Of a stretch of 64,000 nucleotides of DNA, positions 7,641-16,962 are shown piece by piece. The stretch covers positions 3,419 to 67,418 of the forward strand of contig DATGEL010000030.1 of NCBI GenBank assembly GCA_035310145.1, given 5' to 3'. Position 1 is the first letter of the stretch, and each line of letters opens with the position of its first letter. A program made the translations under genes and the position numbers. The notes below the pieces were generated by a model. The model ran no database searches. It worked only from the letters and a program-made list of their open reading frames with translations, and was not told where the DNA came from. Origin of the DNA: Dehalococcoidia bacterium (lineage in GTDB: Bacteria; Chloroflexota; Dehalococcoidia; CAUJGQ01).

Positions 7641-9275
7641 ATGGCCGATCTGACCGCTCCCGACCACGACCAGGCGCTGCCGGCGGTGATCGAGCCGCCG
7701 CTGGCCGGCGTCACGCGCCAGGAGCGCTTCGACCGCATCGCACGTCTCGCCTGCCGCCTGTTCGACGTGCCCATCGCCCTGCTCACCGGCGCCGACGCGG
7801 ACGGGCGCCACTACCTCGCCGCCGTCGGCCTGCTGGCGGGCGAATTGCCGCATGCGGTGGCGCTCTGCGCCGAGGCGGTGCTGGGCGAGCAGCCGCTGCT
7901 CGTGGAGGACGCGGGTCTCGACTCCCGCTTCGGCGAGGAGCCGCTCGTCTCCGGCTCGCCGTACATCCGCTCATTCGCCGCGCAGCCGCTGCTTGGTCCG
8001 GATGGTCACGGCATCGGCGTGATCTGCATTCTCGATCGGCGCCGGCGCGAGTACCAGGCGGCGGATCTCGCTGCGCTCGCCGACCTGGCGGCGCTGGCCG
8101 CGAACGAGCTCAACGTCGCCGGGCTGGAGCAGGCGCTGGCGCAGGAACGCGGCGCCATGCTGCAGGCCCGGGCGGTGCTGGGCGCCGTCTCCGAAGGGGT
8201 GCTCACCTGCGACGCCAACGGTACGATTCAGTCCTGTAATCTCGCGGGCGAGCGTATCTTCGGCTACGCCGCAACGGAATTGCTCGGCCGTGACCTCGAT
8301 TTCCTCGTGCCCGGCGTCTTCCAGCAGACGGAGAGCGCCACGGCGGCGAGCGGCACGATCAGCGAACGCGTGCTGAGCGACGGTGAACGCGAGACGGTGG
8401 GGCGCCGCCGCTCCGGCGAGCCGTTGCCGCTACTGCTGGCCGTCGGCGCTCTGCCCCAGGAGACCGGCGCCAGCCGCCTGGTGCTGGTGCGGGACCTTTC
8501 CGGCGAGCGGCGCAGCGAGCCGCGCCGGCGCAAGCTCCTGCCGACCGATCTGCGCAGCCTGCCCGATCGCGCCTTCTTCCGCAGCCGCCTGGACCAGGCG
8601 ATGGCCGCCGAGGCGCAGGGCGCCGGCGGCGTGGCGGTGCTGTTGCTGGAGCTGGACAACTGGGAGCGGGTGAACGAGCGCATGGGCGAAAGCGTGGCCG
8701 AGGCGCTGCTGCTGGAGGTGTACCGCCGGCTGCGCGCCTCCCTGCGGCCGGACGATACCGCGGCCTACATGGGCGGCAGCGGCTTCGCCGTGCTCTTCGA
8801 GAACATGAACGCCGCGCGCGATGCCCAGCGCCCGGCCGACCGCATCCTCGGCCAGTTACGCACGCCGCTGACGCACGCGCGGCGTGAGCTGATCGCCGCC
8901 CCGAACATCGGCATTGCGCTCAGCACCTTCTGCCTCGCCGCCGACCGCCAGCCGGACCTGATGTACGAAGCCGGCCAGGCGCTGCGCCAGGCGCGCGCCG
9001 CCGGCCGCTGGCGTAGCCATATCCTGGAGCCGCACGAGCACCCGCTGCTGGGCCTCGGCCTGCCGGACGACGCGCTGATCAGCGTGACGTCCGGCGACCT
9101 GCTTGCCGATCCGGCCGCATCGCAGGCGGGCGAACCGCCGGCCGAGGCCGATTCAGCCCTTGCCCTGCCGCTGACGTGCGCTGCGCCGGACGCCATGCCG
9201 CTGCCGTCCGGCGAGCAGGCCGCCCCTGACCCGGAAGACGGTGCGGGCGAGCGGCGCAGCGCCTCCGCTGCCTGA
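7641..9275 (+). CDS. GAF-PAS-GGDEF-like signalling protein with degenerate GGDEF motif (GGSGF)
   Basis: ATG 7641 lies 6 nt after GGAGG. A GAF region is followed by a PAS segment (SEGVLTCDANGTIQSCNLAGERIFGY). The GGDEF-like domain has LPDRAFFRSRL...LLLELDNWERVNERMGE...AYMGGSGFAVLFE. Confidence 0.8.
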   Translation: MADLTAPDHDQALPAVIEPPLAGVTRQERFDRIARLACRLFDVPIALLTGADADGRHYLAAVGLLAGELPHAVALCAEAVLGEQPLLVEDAGLDSRFGEEPLVSGSPYIRSFAAQPLLGPDGHGIGVICILDRRRREYQAADLAALADLAALAANELNVAGLEQALAQERGAMLQARAVLGAVSEGVLTCDANGTIQSCNLAGERIFGYAATELLGRDLDFLVPGVFQQTESATAASGTISERVLSDGERETVGRRRSGEPLPLLLAVGALPQETGASRLVLVRDLSGERRSEPRRRKLLPTDLRSLPDRAFFRSRLDQAMAAEAQGAGGVAVLLLELDNWERVNERMGESVAEALLLEVYRRLRASLRPDDTAAYMGGSGFAVLFENMNAARDAQRPADRILGQLRTPLTHARRELIAAPNIGIALSTFCLAADRQPDLMYEAGQALRQARAAGRWRSHILEPHEHPLLGLGLPDDALISVTSGDLLADPAASQAGEPPAEADSALALPLTCAAPDAMPLPSGEQAAPDPEDGAGERRSASAA

Positions 9276-9296
9276 ACGCGGACCCTGCCGCACGGT

Positions 9297-12053
9297 TTAC
9301 CGCTGGGTGACGACCAGGTTGCGGAAGCGCGCCTCGGCCGTGAGGTTGTCGCCGCCGGTGGCGATGTAGATCTTGCCCGTGCTGAAGCCGTTGTCGCGCG
9401 CCTGGCCCACCTGCGTGCCGTTGATCGTTACCGTGATCGTGTTGCCCACGCAGCTCAACGTCAGCCGGTTCACCTCGCCGTTGCGCTTGATCGCCGACGA
9501 TGGCGTATCGTCGATCAGGCGCGACGGCGTCTCCTGGCCGGGACCGTCCTTCAGCAGACGGAACGTGCCGCTGGCGGGGATGACCGAGAGGTGATAGCCG
9601 CCGGCGTCTGAGTCGCGGCAGCCGATGTTGACGTAGCGATCGGTGAACGTTCCCACCAGGCGCGCATCCACCGTGGTGCTCGTGTCCGCGTATTGGCCGG
9701 GCAGGAACTTGCCATCCAGTCCGCCGCTGGCCTGCTGCTTCTGGATCACGAACTCGCCGTTGGCGTAGCTATACTTTGTCTGGTCCGATCCGGTGGTGTC
9801 GGTGTTGAACAGGCCGGTGCCAGGGTCGCTGAGCGGATCGGCCAGCAGTACCGGGACGCTGTTGGGCGGCGTCTTCGTCACCACCAGGTTGTCGAAGTGC
9901 GTCTCGATCGTCTGCGGGTGGTCCGTGTAGGTGCTGGCGCCGATCAGGAACTGGCCAGTGCTGTACTCCGCTTTGGCGTCCTTCACCGAGGCCACGTTTG
10001 TGCCATTGATGCTGACGGCGATCGTGCTGCCGGAGCAGGTGAGCGCCACGCGGTTCGTGGCCGTGCCCTTGAGAATCGCCGGCGATGCCTGCTCGTTGCG
10101 CAGGTACCGCAGGTCGGCGTTGCTCTCCACGGCGAACAGGCGGTAGGTGCCGGCGCCGAAGTCGACCCAGACGCGGTAGCCCGTGTTGGTGTCGCCGTAG
10201 CGGCAGCCGAGCACGACGAAGCGGTTGTCGGCGCTGTCGATCATGCGCACGTCCACCGCCAGCGTCGCATCGTCGTAGCTGTTGGGGATGAACTCCTCCG
10301 GGATCGTCGAGTAGTTTGGATCGGTGAGCTTCACCACGTACTCGCCGCCTGAGTAGCCGAGCTGGTAGTGCGAATCGCCGGCGGAGTTCTCCAGAATGCC
10401 CGTCTTCGGGTCAGAGAAGCCGTCCTGGGCGAGGATCGTCGCCGGCAGCGCACCGGCGGCCGGCGGCGGCGCGACGGTCGGCGGCGCCGTGGTCGGCGCG
10501 GTTGTCGGCGGCGCCGTCGGGACGGCCGTGCGTTGCGGTGTGGTGGAGGCGGGCGCTGCGGCCGAGGCCGACGGCGCGACCGTGGGCACGGCGCTGGCCG
10601 TGCTGGTGACGGCCGGCGTCGGGTTGAGATTGCCCGGCTTCAGCGTGCCGGCGCCGCCCGAAGTCGGGGCGATGGGCACGGGCGACGGCGTCGGTTTCGG
10701 CTGCGGGCCGCCGCAGTTGGCCGCGGCCAGCGCGATCGCGCCGGCGATCGCGGCGAGCACCAGCACCGCGCCGCCGATCAGCAGCGGCGTGCGCGACTTC
10801 TTGCCCGTGCCGCCGGGCGCGGCTCCTCCACCGGCCGGCGGCGTCCACAGCGGCTGCGGCGCGGCCTGCCAGGTGCCGCCCGCCTGCTGTTGCCAGCCCG
10901 GCGGCATCGGCGGCGCCGCGGCCGGCCGCGGGGTCTGCGGCCGCGCGCCGATGCCCGGCAGCGAGACGACCGTCGGCGCTTCGTCCTCCGGCACGGGGCG
11001 CTCGCTGCCGGGCGGTGTGGCAGGCGGCGCCTGGCCCGCGCTGCCGGCCACTACCGTTGGTTCACTCGGCGTCCGCGTCGCGGGGCGCAGGTACATGCCC
11101 GAGCCTTCGATCGGGCTGCCGGCCATGCTGCCGCCGCTGGCGATGCTGCCGCGCTCGGAAGGCTGCCACGGGCGCGTCTGCGCCAGCGCCTCCGGGATGC
11201 CGCGGCCGCTGCTTTCGGTCGCGGCCTGTGCCAGCGCCTGGACGAACGCGCCGCACGTGGCGAAACGCTCGTCCGGCTCGCGCGCGAGCGCCTGCTCCAC
11301 CACGGCCGCCAGCGCGGCGCCGAGCTGCGGATTGCGGCTCTGCAGCGAGGGCGGCGATTCGTACAGGTGCTTGGCCATCACCGCTTCCGGCGTGGCCGCG
11401 GCGAAGGGCACGCTGCCGGTCAGCATCTCGTAGGCGACGATGCCCAGCGCATATTCGTCGGCCCGCCCGTCCAGCGGCTCGCCGCGGATCTGTTCCGGCG
11501 CCATGTAGGCCGGTGTGCCCAGCCCGGTGCCGATCTGGGTCAGCGGCTCGCCCGTGCGGCTCTCGTTCGTCTCCGTCTCCAGGATGCGGGCGAGGCCGAA
11601 GTCGGCCACAATCGGCGTCTCGTCCTCGGTGAGCAGGATGTTGCTGGGCTTGATGTCGCGGTGAATCACGCCGCGGGCGTGGGCGAAATCGAGCGCCGCG
11701 GCAACCGGCGCGAGCAGGCGCGCGACGCTGGCCGGGGGCAGCGGCTGGCCCAGGCGGTGCCAGAGCGTGCCGCCGGGGATGTAGCGGTAGACGATGTAGG
11801 CCTGGCCGTCCGCTTCGCCGTAGTCGAACACGGGCAGGATGTTGGGGTGTTCGAGGCGGGCCAGCACCTCCGCCTCGCGGCGGAAGCGGGCGAGAAAGGC
11901 GGGCTGGCCGGCGAGCTGGGCGCCGATGACTTTGACCGCCACGTCGCGGCGCAGGCTGGGCTGAAAGGCGCGGTAGACGCTCGCCATGCCGCCTTCGCCC
12001 AGCGGCTCGCGCACCACGTACTGCCCGAACGTCGTCCCGGCCGGCAGGGTCAC
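9297..12053 (-). CDS. serine/threonine protein kinase (Hanks-type) with TM segment and two tandem C-terminal concanavalin-like (DUF1080-type) extracellular domains
   Basis: GTG 12053 has GAGGGA upstream. Kinase motifs are GEGGMASVYRA, HRDIKPSNILL, DFGLA and APE. A Pro-rich linker and a TM helix (LLIGGAVLVLAAIAGAIALAAA) follow. The ~190-aa module occurs twice, ending in ...HFDNLVVTK and ...ARFRNLVVTQR. Confidence 0.9.
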   Translation of the reverse strand: MTLPAGTTFGQYVVREPLGEGGMASVYRAFQPSLRRDVAVKVIGAQLAGQPAFLARFRREAEVLARLEHPNILPVFDYGEADGQAYIVYRYIPGGTLWHRLGQPLPPASVARLLAPVAAALDFAHARGVIHRDIKPSNILLTEDETPIVADFGLARILETETNESRTGEPLTQIGTGLGTPAYMAPEQIRGEPLDGRADEYALGIVAYEMLTGSVPFAAATPEAVMAKHLYESPPSLQSRNPQLGAALAAVVEQALAREPDERFATCGAFVQALAQAATESSGRGIPEALAQTRPWQPSERGSIASGGSMAGSPIEGSGMYLRPATRTPSEPTVVAGSAGQAPPATPPGSERPVPEDEAPTVVSLPGIGARPQTPRPAAAPPMPPGWQQQAGGTWQAAPQPLWTPPAGGGAAPGGTGKKSRTPLLIGGAVLVLAAIAGAIALAAANCGGPQPKPTPSPVPIAPTSGGAGTLKPGNLNPTPAVTSTASAVPTVAPSASAAAPASTTPQRTAVPTAPPTTAPTTAPPTVAPPPAAGALPATILAQDGFSDPKTGILENSAGDSHYQLGYSGGEYVVKLTDPNYSTIPEEFIPNSYDDATLAVDVRMIDSADNRFVVLGCRYGDTNTGYRVWVDFGAGTYRLFAVESNADLRYLRNEQASPAILKGTATNRVALTCSGSTIAVSINGTNVASVKDAKAEYSTGQFLIGASTYTDHPQTIETHFDNLVVTKTPPNSVPVLLADPLSDPGTGLFNTDTTGSDQTKYSYANGEFVIQKQQASGGLDGKFLPGQYADTSTTVDARLVGTFTDRYVNIGCRDSDAGGYHLSVIPASGTFRLLKDGPGQETPSRLIDDTPSSAIKRNGEVNRLTLSCVGNTITVTINGTQVGQARDNGFSTGKIYIATGGDNLTAEARFRNLVVTQR

Positions 12054-12229
12054 CGGAATCCCTCGTGCGTGCGGCTGAAGGCGTGCTGCAAGTAAACAGC
12101 AACATCATACACGCCGCCGCGCCGCCTGGATCGCCGCCGTTGTCTTCACCAACAGGAAACAGGGAGCGAGGAACGAGGAGCGAGGAAAGAGGAAAGAGAG
12201 CACAGGGGTTAGGGATGGGAGCCTAACCT

Positions 12230-12700
12230 CTACCGCGTGGCCCGCGCCACCCAGCCGGACGAGGTTCCGCCGTGCTGCCCGATCAGTAACTGCAACTGCG
12301 CGGCGTGCTCCTGCACGTGGCGCATGGTGTAGAGCAGCAGCTCCCCAAAGCTCAGCTCGGCGCGGGAGACGCGCTGCCGCCGCCGCGCTTGTTCATCGGT
12401 CAGCCCGGCGATCGTCGCCTCGCACTTCGCGCGGGTGTGGGCGGCGTAGCCCCGCAGCTCCTCCCTGGTGTACGCCCGTTCGGGCAGCTTCCCCGCGGGG
12501 TCCAGCTCGTCCAGGGTGAACGGCGCCGGCGGGGCGAAGCCAGCGGGCGAACCCGACAGATACAGGTCGAGCCAGAAGAGCGCATGGAAGGCGACGTTCC
12601 AGAACGCCGCGAGCGGATCGTCCCAGAGCCGCGCCTGCGCGAGCATCTCGATCGCGGCGCCGAACTGCTGCCGGAGGCTTTCGCGCCAGTCCGCGTCCAT
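12230..12700 (-). CDS. DinB/YfiT-like (DinB_2 superfamily) protein
   Basis: Start at MDADWRESL (ATG 12700..12698). Conserved His motifs are FHALFW and MRHVQEHAAQ. The longer upstream ORF extension is rejected. Confidence 0.65.
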   Translation of the reverse strand: MDADWRESLRQQFGAAIEMLAQARLWDDPLAAFWNVAFHALFWLDLYLSGSPAGFAPPAPFTLDELDPAGKLPERAYTREELRGYAAHTRAKCEATIAGLTDEQARRRQRVSRAELSFGELLLYTMRHVQEHAAQLQLLIGQHGGTSSGWVARATR

Positions 12701-12925
12701 CGTGTCTCCGCGGCCGCTCGGCCCCGCTGTGCGTCCAACGGCACCGGCTGCCCTCCGCCATCGTACTGCGCCGGCAGCCATGTCGGCGGCCCTGGCGTGC
12801 TGGCATCTGGCCTCGGAATCCGGCAGGCGTGATACGGTTTGACACCCCGGCGCGCCCTTGTAACGATGACCGTGGAGGCGGGCAAACGGCCGCTGCCATC
12901 CCAGCACGAACAAGACAGGCCAGCG

Positions 12926-12958
12926 CCTGACGCCAGTTCCTGACGCCAGTTCCTGACG
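12926..12958. repeat. tandem repeat CCTGACGCCAGTT x2.5 (13-mer) upstream of ACAD gene
   Basis: Direct reading shows copies at 12926-12938 and 12939-12951, with a partial copy 12952-12958. The repeat ends 14 nt before the ATG at 12973. Confidence 0.85.
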
Positions 12959-12972
12959 AAGGTGGCCGGAGC

Positions 12973-14148
12973 ATGGACTTCCGCTTCTCCGCGGCCGAAG
13001 AGGCGTTTCGCGCCGAGCTGCTCGGCTTTCTGCGCGAGGTCGCGCCGCCCGGCTGGGAGCGGCGCTTCGCCGGCGATGCGGCCGCGCTCTGGGGCTTCGA
13101 GCGCGAGTTTCAGCGCAAGCTGGCCGAGCGGCGCTGGCTGGCGCTGCCCTGGCCGCACGAGCTGGGCGGTTTCGGCGCCAGCTATATGCAGCAACTGATC
13201 TTCAACGAGACGATGGCCTACAACCGCGCGCCCTCGTTCGTGAACATGGGCGTCGCCTGGGTCGGGCCCTCGATCATGACCTACGGCACGGACGAGCAGA
13301 AGCGCCGCTACGTGCGCCGCATCGCCGAGGGCGAGGATATCTGGTGCACGCTCTACTCCGAGCCGGGCGCCGGCTCCGACCTCGCCAGCCTGCAAACCCG
13401 CGCCGAACGTGACGGCGACGAGTACGTGATCAACGGCCAGAAGATCTGGACGACCTACGCACACCTCTCCGATTACGGCTGGCTCGCCGCCCGCACCGAC
13501 CCCGCCGCGCCCAAGCATAAGGGCATCAGCACCTTCGTCGTGCCCATGAAAGCGCCGGGTGTGCAGGTGCGGCCGCTGGTGAACATGGCGGACGGGCACG
13601 AGTTCAACGAGGTCTTTTTCGAGAACGTGCGCGTGCCGAAGGAGAACCTGGTCGGCGAGGAGAACCGCGGCTGGTACCAGGTCGCCACCGGCCTCGACAT
13701 CGAGCGCACGGCGATCGGCAGCCCGGCCACGGCGCGCCGCACGCTGGAAGACCTGGTGCAGTTCTGCAAGACGGCGCGGAGAGGCGGCCGGGCGCTGATC
13801 GACGATCCGATCGCGCGGCACACGCTGGCCGACCTCGCGGTCAGCATCGACATGGCGAAGATGCTGTCGTACCGCATTGCCTCGATGCAGACGGCGGGCC
13901 GGGCGCCGGGCTATGAGGCATCGAGCGCCAAGATGTTCGGCACGGAGCTGAACCAGCGGCTGGCGAACGCGGCAGTGGGCCTCCTCGGCCTCGCCGGCCA
14001 GCTCGACGGCGTCGACGCCCGCGCCCCGCTGCACGGCCGGCTCAAGTATCTCTACCTGCGCATGGTGGCGAACACGATCGAGGGCGGCACCAGCGAGATC
14101 CAGCGCACCGTGATCGCCACCCGCGGCCTCGGTCTGCCGCGGGGCTGA
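12973..14148 (+). CDS. acyl-CoA dehydrogenase
   Basis: Full-length ACAD: YSEPGAGSDLASLQTRAERDGDEYVINGQKIWTT, and the C-terminus EGGTSEIQRTVIATRGLGLPRG. SD GAAGGTGG is upstream of the ATG. Confidence 0.9.
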   Translation: MDFRFSAAEEAFRAELLGFLREVAPPGWERRFAGDAAALWGFEREFQRKLAERRWLALPWPHELGGFGASYMQQLIFNETMAYNRAPSFVNMGVAWVGPSIMTYGTDEQKRRYVRRIAEGEDIWCTLYSEPGAGSDLASLQTRAERDGDEYVINGQKIWTTYAHLSDYGWLAARTDPAAPKHKGISTFVVPMKAPGVQVRPLVNMADGHEFNEVFFENVRVPKENLVGEENRGWYQVATGLDIERTAIGSPATARRTLEDLVQFCKTARRGGRALIDDPIARHTLADLAVSIDMAKMLSYRIASMQTAGRAPGYEASSAKMFGTELNQRLANAAVGLLGLAGQLDGVDARAPLHGRLKYLYLRMVANTIEGGTSEIQRTVIATRGLGLPRG

Positions 14149-14412
14149 GGGGCGCGCGGGAAGCTCATCGAGTCCGCGGAGTGGAGTCCCAAATGTTCTC
14201 ATTTACGGGACATTCCTGAATCATGCAAAGTTTGGTGCAGATTATTTCCGCTTATGAATCATTCTTAGGCAAGCCAAGGTTATGAACGCGGCGCAGCTCG
14301 TTCGCAGACAGCAAGAGTGTCGTGGTGCCCCGTCGCATCCGTGGAGTGGCTGCCATCGACGATGCCGACCGGTGGGATAGACTGCGGCTGAGCGCGTGGA
14401 CAGGAGCGGACC

Positions 14413-16051
14413 ATGACTACGGCCGACTGGATCGCCCACGGCCGGTCATCCTTCAGCCAGCGCGCGTGGGCAGCGGCGTTCACTCAGCTCTCCACCGCGG
14501 ACCGCGAGGCGTCGCTGGAGCCCAGCGACGTGGAGCGGCTCGCGGTGGCCGCCTACCTCATTGGCAATGATGATGCCTGCGCCGACGCGTGGGGCCGCGC
14601 CCATCACGCATGGCTGTGCCTGGGCGATGTGGCGCGCGCCGTCCGGTGTGCGTACTGGCTTGCTGTCGGGCACTTCAATCGGGGCGAACTCGCCCGTGGC
14701 AGCGGCTGGCTCACCCGCGCCCAGCGGCTGCTGGACGAGGACGGGCACGACTGTGTCGAGCAGGGGTATTTGCTGCTACCGGTAGCGCGACAGCAACTGG
14801 CGGTTGGCGACTATGCGGCCGCGTACACGACGGCCGGTCAGGCCGCCACGATCGCTGAGCGCTTCGGCGATGCTGATCTCCTCACGCTCAGTCGACTCGC
14901 GCGGCCGCACGCTCCTATCCCTCGGCGAGATCGCGGCGGGCGTCGCATTGCTGGATGAGGCGATGGTCGCCGTGTTGGCTGGGGAGGTTTCGCCCATCCC
15001 TGCCGGCATTGTCTACTGCAGTGTCATCGACGCCTGCCAGGGGCTATGCGACCTACGCCGGGCCCAGGAGTGGACGGAGGCGCTCAAGCAGTGGTGTGCC
15101 TCGCAGCCGGAGCTGGTGCCATTCCGCGGCGAGTGCCTCGTATATCGCGCCGAAATCATGCAACTGCATGGCGCGTGGACGGCCGCCGTTGACGAAGCAC
15201 AACGGGCATGCGACTGGCTCGCCCAGCCGCCCGGCCAGCCGGCGCGCGGGTCGGCATTTTACCTCCAAGGCGAACTGCACCGCCTGCGTGGTGAGTTCGG
15301 CCGAGCTGAGGCAGCGTATCGGCAGGCCAGTCAGTTCGGCCGGGAACCCCAGCCCGGCCTGGCGCTCCTGCGGCTCTCCCAGGGGCAGCGAGAGGCGGCA
15401 GCCGCGGCCATTCGTCGCGTGGTGGCTGAGGCGCAGGACCGCGTGAGCCGGGCCAAGGTGCTTGCCGCGCACGTCGAGGTTATGCTCGCGGTGGGCGATG
15501 TCCCAGCGGCAGGCGCTGCGGCGGATGAGTTGGCAGACATCGCGGCCGAGCTGGACGCCGTTCTCCTGCAGGCATACGCCGCGCACGCGCAGGGGGCGGT
15601 CCTCCTCACCCGGGGCGATGCCGACGCCGCCGTGCCGGCCCTGCGGCGGGCTTGGGCGGCGTGGCAGGAGGTAGCGGTGCCGTACGAGGCAGCGCGCGTC
15701 CGCATCCTGCTGGCACTGGCCTATCAAGTCCTGGCAGACCATGATACCGCGGCGATGGAGCTGGACGCGGCGCGCTGGGTATTCCGTCAGCTCGGCGCCA
15801 TTCCCGATCTCCTGCGCTTGGAGGTGCTCACGCACTCGCCTCGGGCGAAGGCAGCGGGAGGGCTCACCACGCGGGAACTGGAAGTGCTCCGCCTGGTGGC
15901 TGCGGGGAAGAGCAACCGCGCGATCGCCACTGGCCTCGTCCTCAGCGAGAAGACCGTGGATCGCCATGTGAGCAATATTCTTACCAAGCTGGGTGTCGCC
16001 TCGCGTGCCGCGGCCACCGCCTACGCGTACGAGCATGACCTGCTCACGTGA
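14413..16051 (+). pseudogene. LuxR-family transcriptional regulator (TPR-like N-terminal region + C-terminal LuxR HTH) interrupted by a -1 frameshift near 14895-14910
   Basis: Frame 1 ORF 14413..14958 (start ATG after AGGAG) and frame 2 ORF 14804..16051 together give one protein, ...[12 protein letters not shown]|[24 protein letters not shown].... The junction lies in the run GCGCGGCCGC. The C-terminus [42 protein letters not shown] is a LuxR HTH. Confidence 0.7.
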
Positions 16052-16211
16052 CCCTCCAGAGAACTACCCACGGCACGCAGCCGTAGTGATTTGGGTAGTT
16101 CTCCCGACGATGGCCTGCCTGCCTGCGGCTACGATCGGGCTCAACAGCGCTGGTCGGGCGACCGGTCACCGGTCCAGACGCTGGCAGCCAACTAAGCGAA
16201 GGAGTGACCAG

Positions 16212-16532
16212 ATGACTATGGCAGCCGGCATCGTCGAGTACAGCATCAGCCCGGAGCACGCCGAAACCCTCCGCGATCGCGTGCAGACCTACCTCCTGCC
16301 CGCGGCGCGCGCGGCGCAGGGCTATCGTGGCTTCCTCGTCGTGGACTGCGGGGCGGGCAAGCGCATCGGCATTGTGCTGTTCGACTCGGCAGCGAACGCG
16401 CAGACCGCGCAGGGGACACTTGGCCCGCTGGGCATGAAGCATACCGGTGCCCTGATGCAGGGGGCGATTGAGCGCTCCGTGGGCACGGTCGTCATCAATG
16501 ACGGGCTGTTCGCCGACGCCGTCGTGCGCTAG
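16212..16532 (+). CDS. antibiotic-biosynthesis-monooxygenase (ABM)/Dabb-like small protein
   Basis: AAGGAG lies 7 nt upstream of ATG 16212. The 106-aa protein MTMAAGIVEYSISPEHAETLRDRVQTYLL...GIVLFDSAANAQ has a ferredoxin-like ABM-fold signature. It is immediately downstream of the LuxR pseudogene. Confidence 0.65.
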   Translation: MTMAAGIVEYSISPEHAETLRDRVQTYLLPAARAAQGYRGFLVVDCGAGKRIGIVLFDSAANAQTAQGTLGPLGMKHTGALMQGAIERSVGTVVINDGLFADAVVR

Positions 16533-16629
16533 CGTCAGCCATCACGACCTGCGCCTAATCGGGGACAGCGGAGCGATGCGGCGAGCCGATGCCTCCTCCA
16601 CAACGACGCAGCACGCCCCGACGCACACC

Positions 16630-16657
16630 AACCGGGCGGCGATAGCGCCGCCCGGTT
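16630..16657 (+). terminator. perfect 12-bp stem/4-nt loop hairpin (AACCGGGCGGCG-ATAG-CGCCGCCCGGTT), putative intrinsic terminator after the ABM gene
   Basis: The inverted repeat is read directly. It is followed by CTGTTCCTCC, with no strong U-tract. It sits ~100 nt downstream of the stop at 16532 in a 430-bp intergenic region. Confidence 0.45.
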
Positions 16658-16962
16658 CTGTTCCTCCGCGAGGTCGTCTGCTGGGCTATGCCACAGACGG
16701 CCGCTTTGCAGATGCTGATCGGTCGCCGCACACCGCTTGCCGAGCCGTGGTCGCTCGACCGCGTCAAAACCTGAGTCTGAATCAACGTCTCATGATCGGC
16801 CCTGCCCAACGGACATTGTCCTGATCGAACTGATCGCTCGCGTCGGGCAGGGCGAGATCGGCGCGCGGCCTCGGCCTTCCCGCGGCAAGGGTGTAGGGTA
16901 AGGCGTGTAACGGCACCCGGAACGCCGCGCGCCGGCGAAACGACCGCGAACAGAGGAGAGGC

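Noticed and set aside
12400-14202. 600-aa minus-strand ORF
   Set aside because: It is antisense to a full-length acyl-CoA dehydrogenase. The translation is Arg/Ala/Gly-rich low complexity.
15053-16036. 327-aa minus-strand ORF
   Set aside because: It is antisense to the LuxR regulator (pseudo)gene. There is no family signal.
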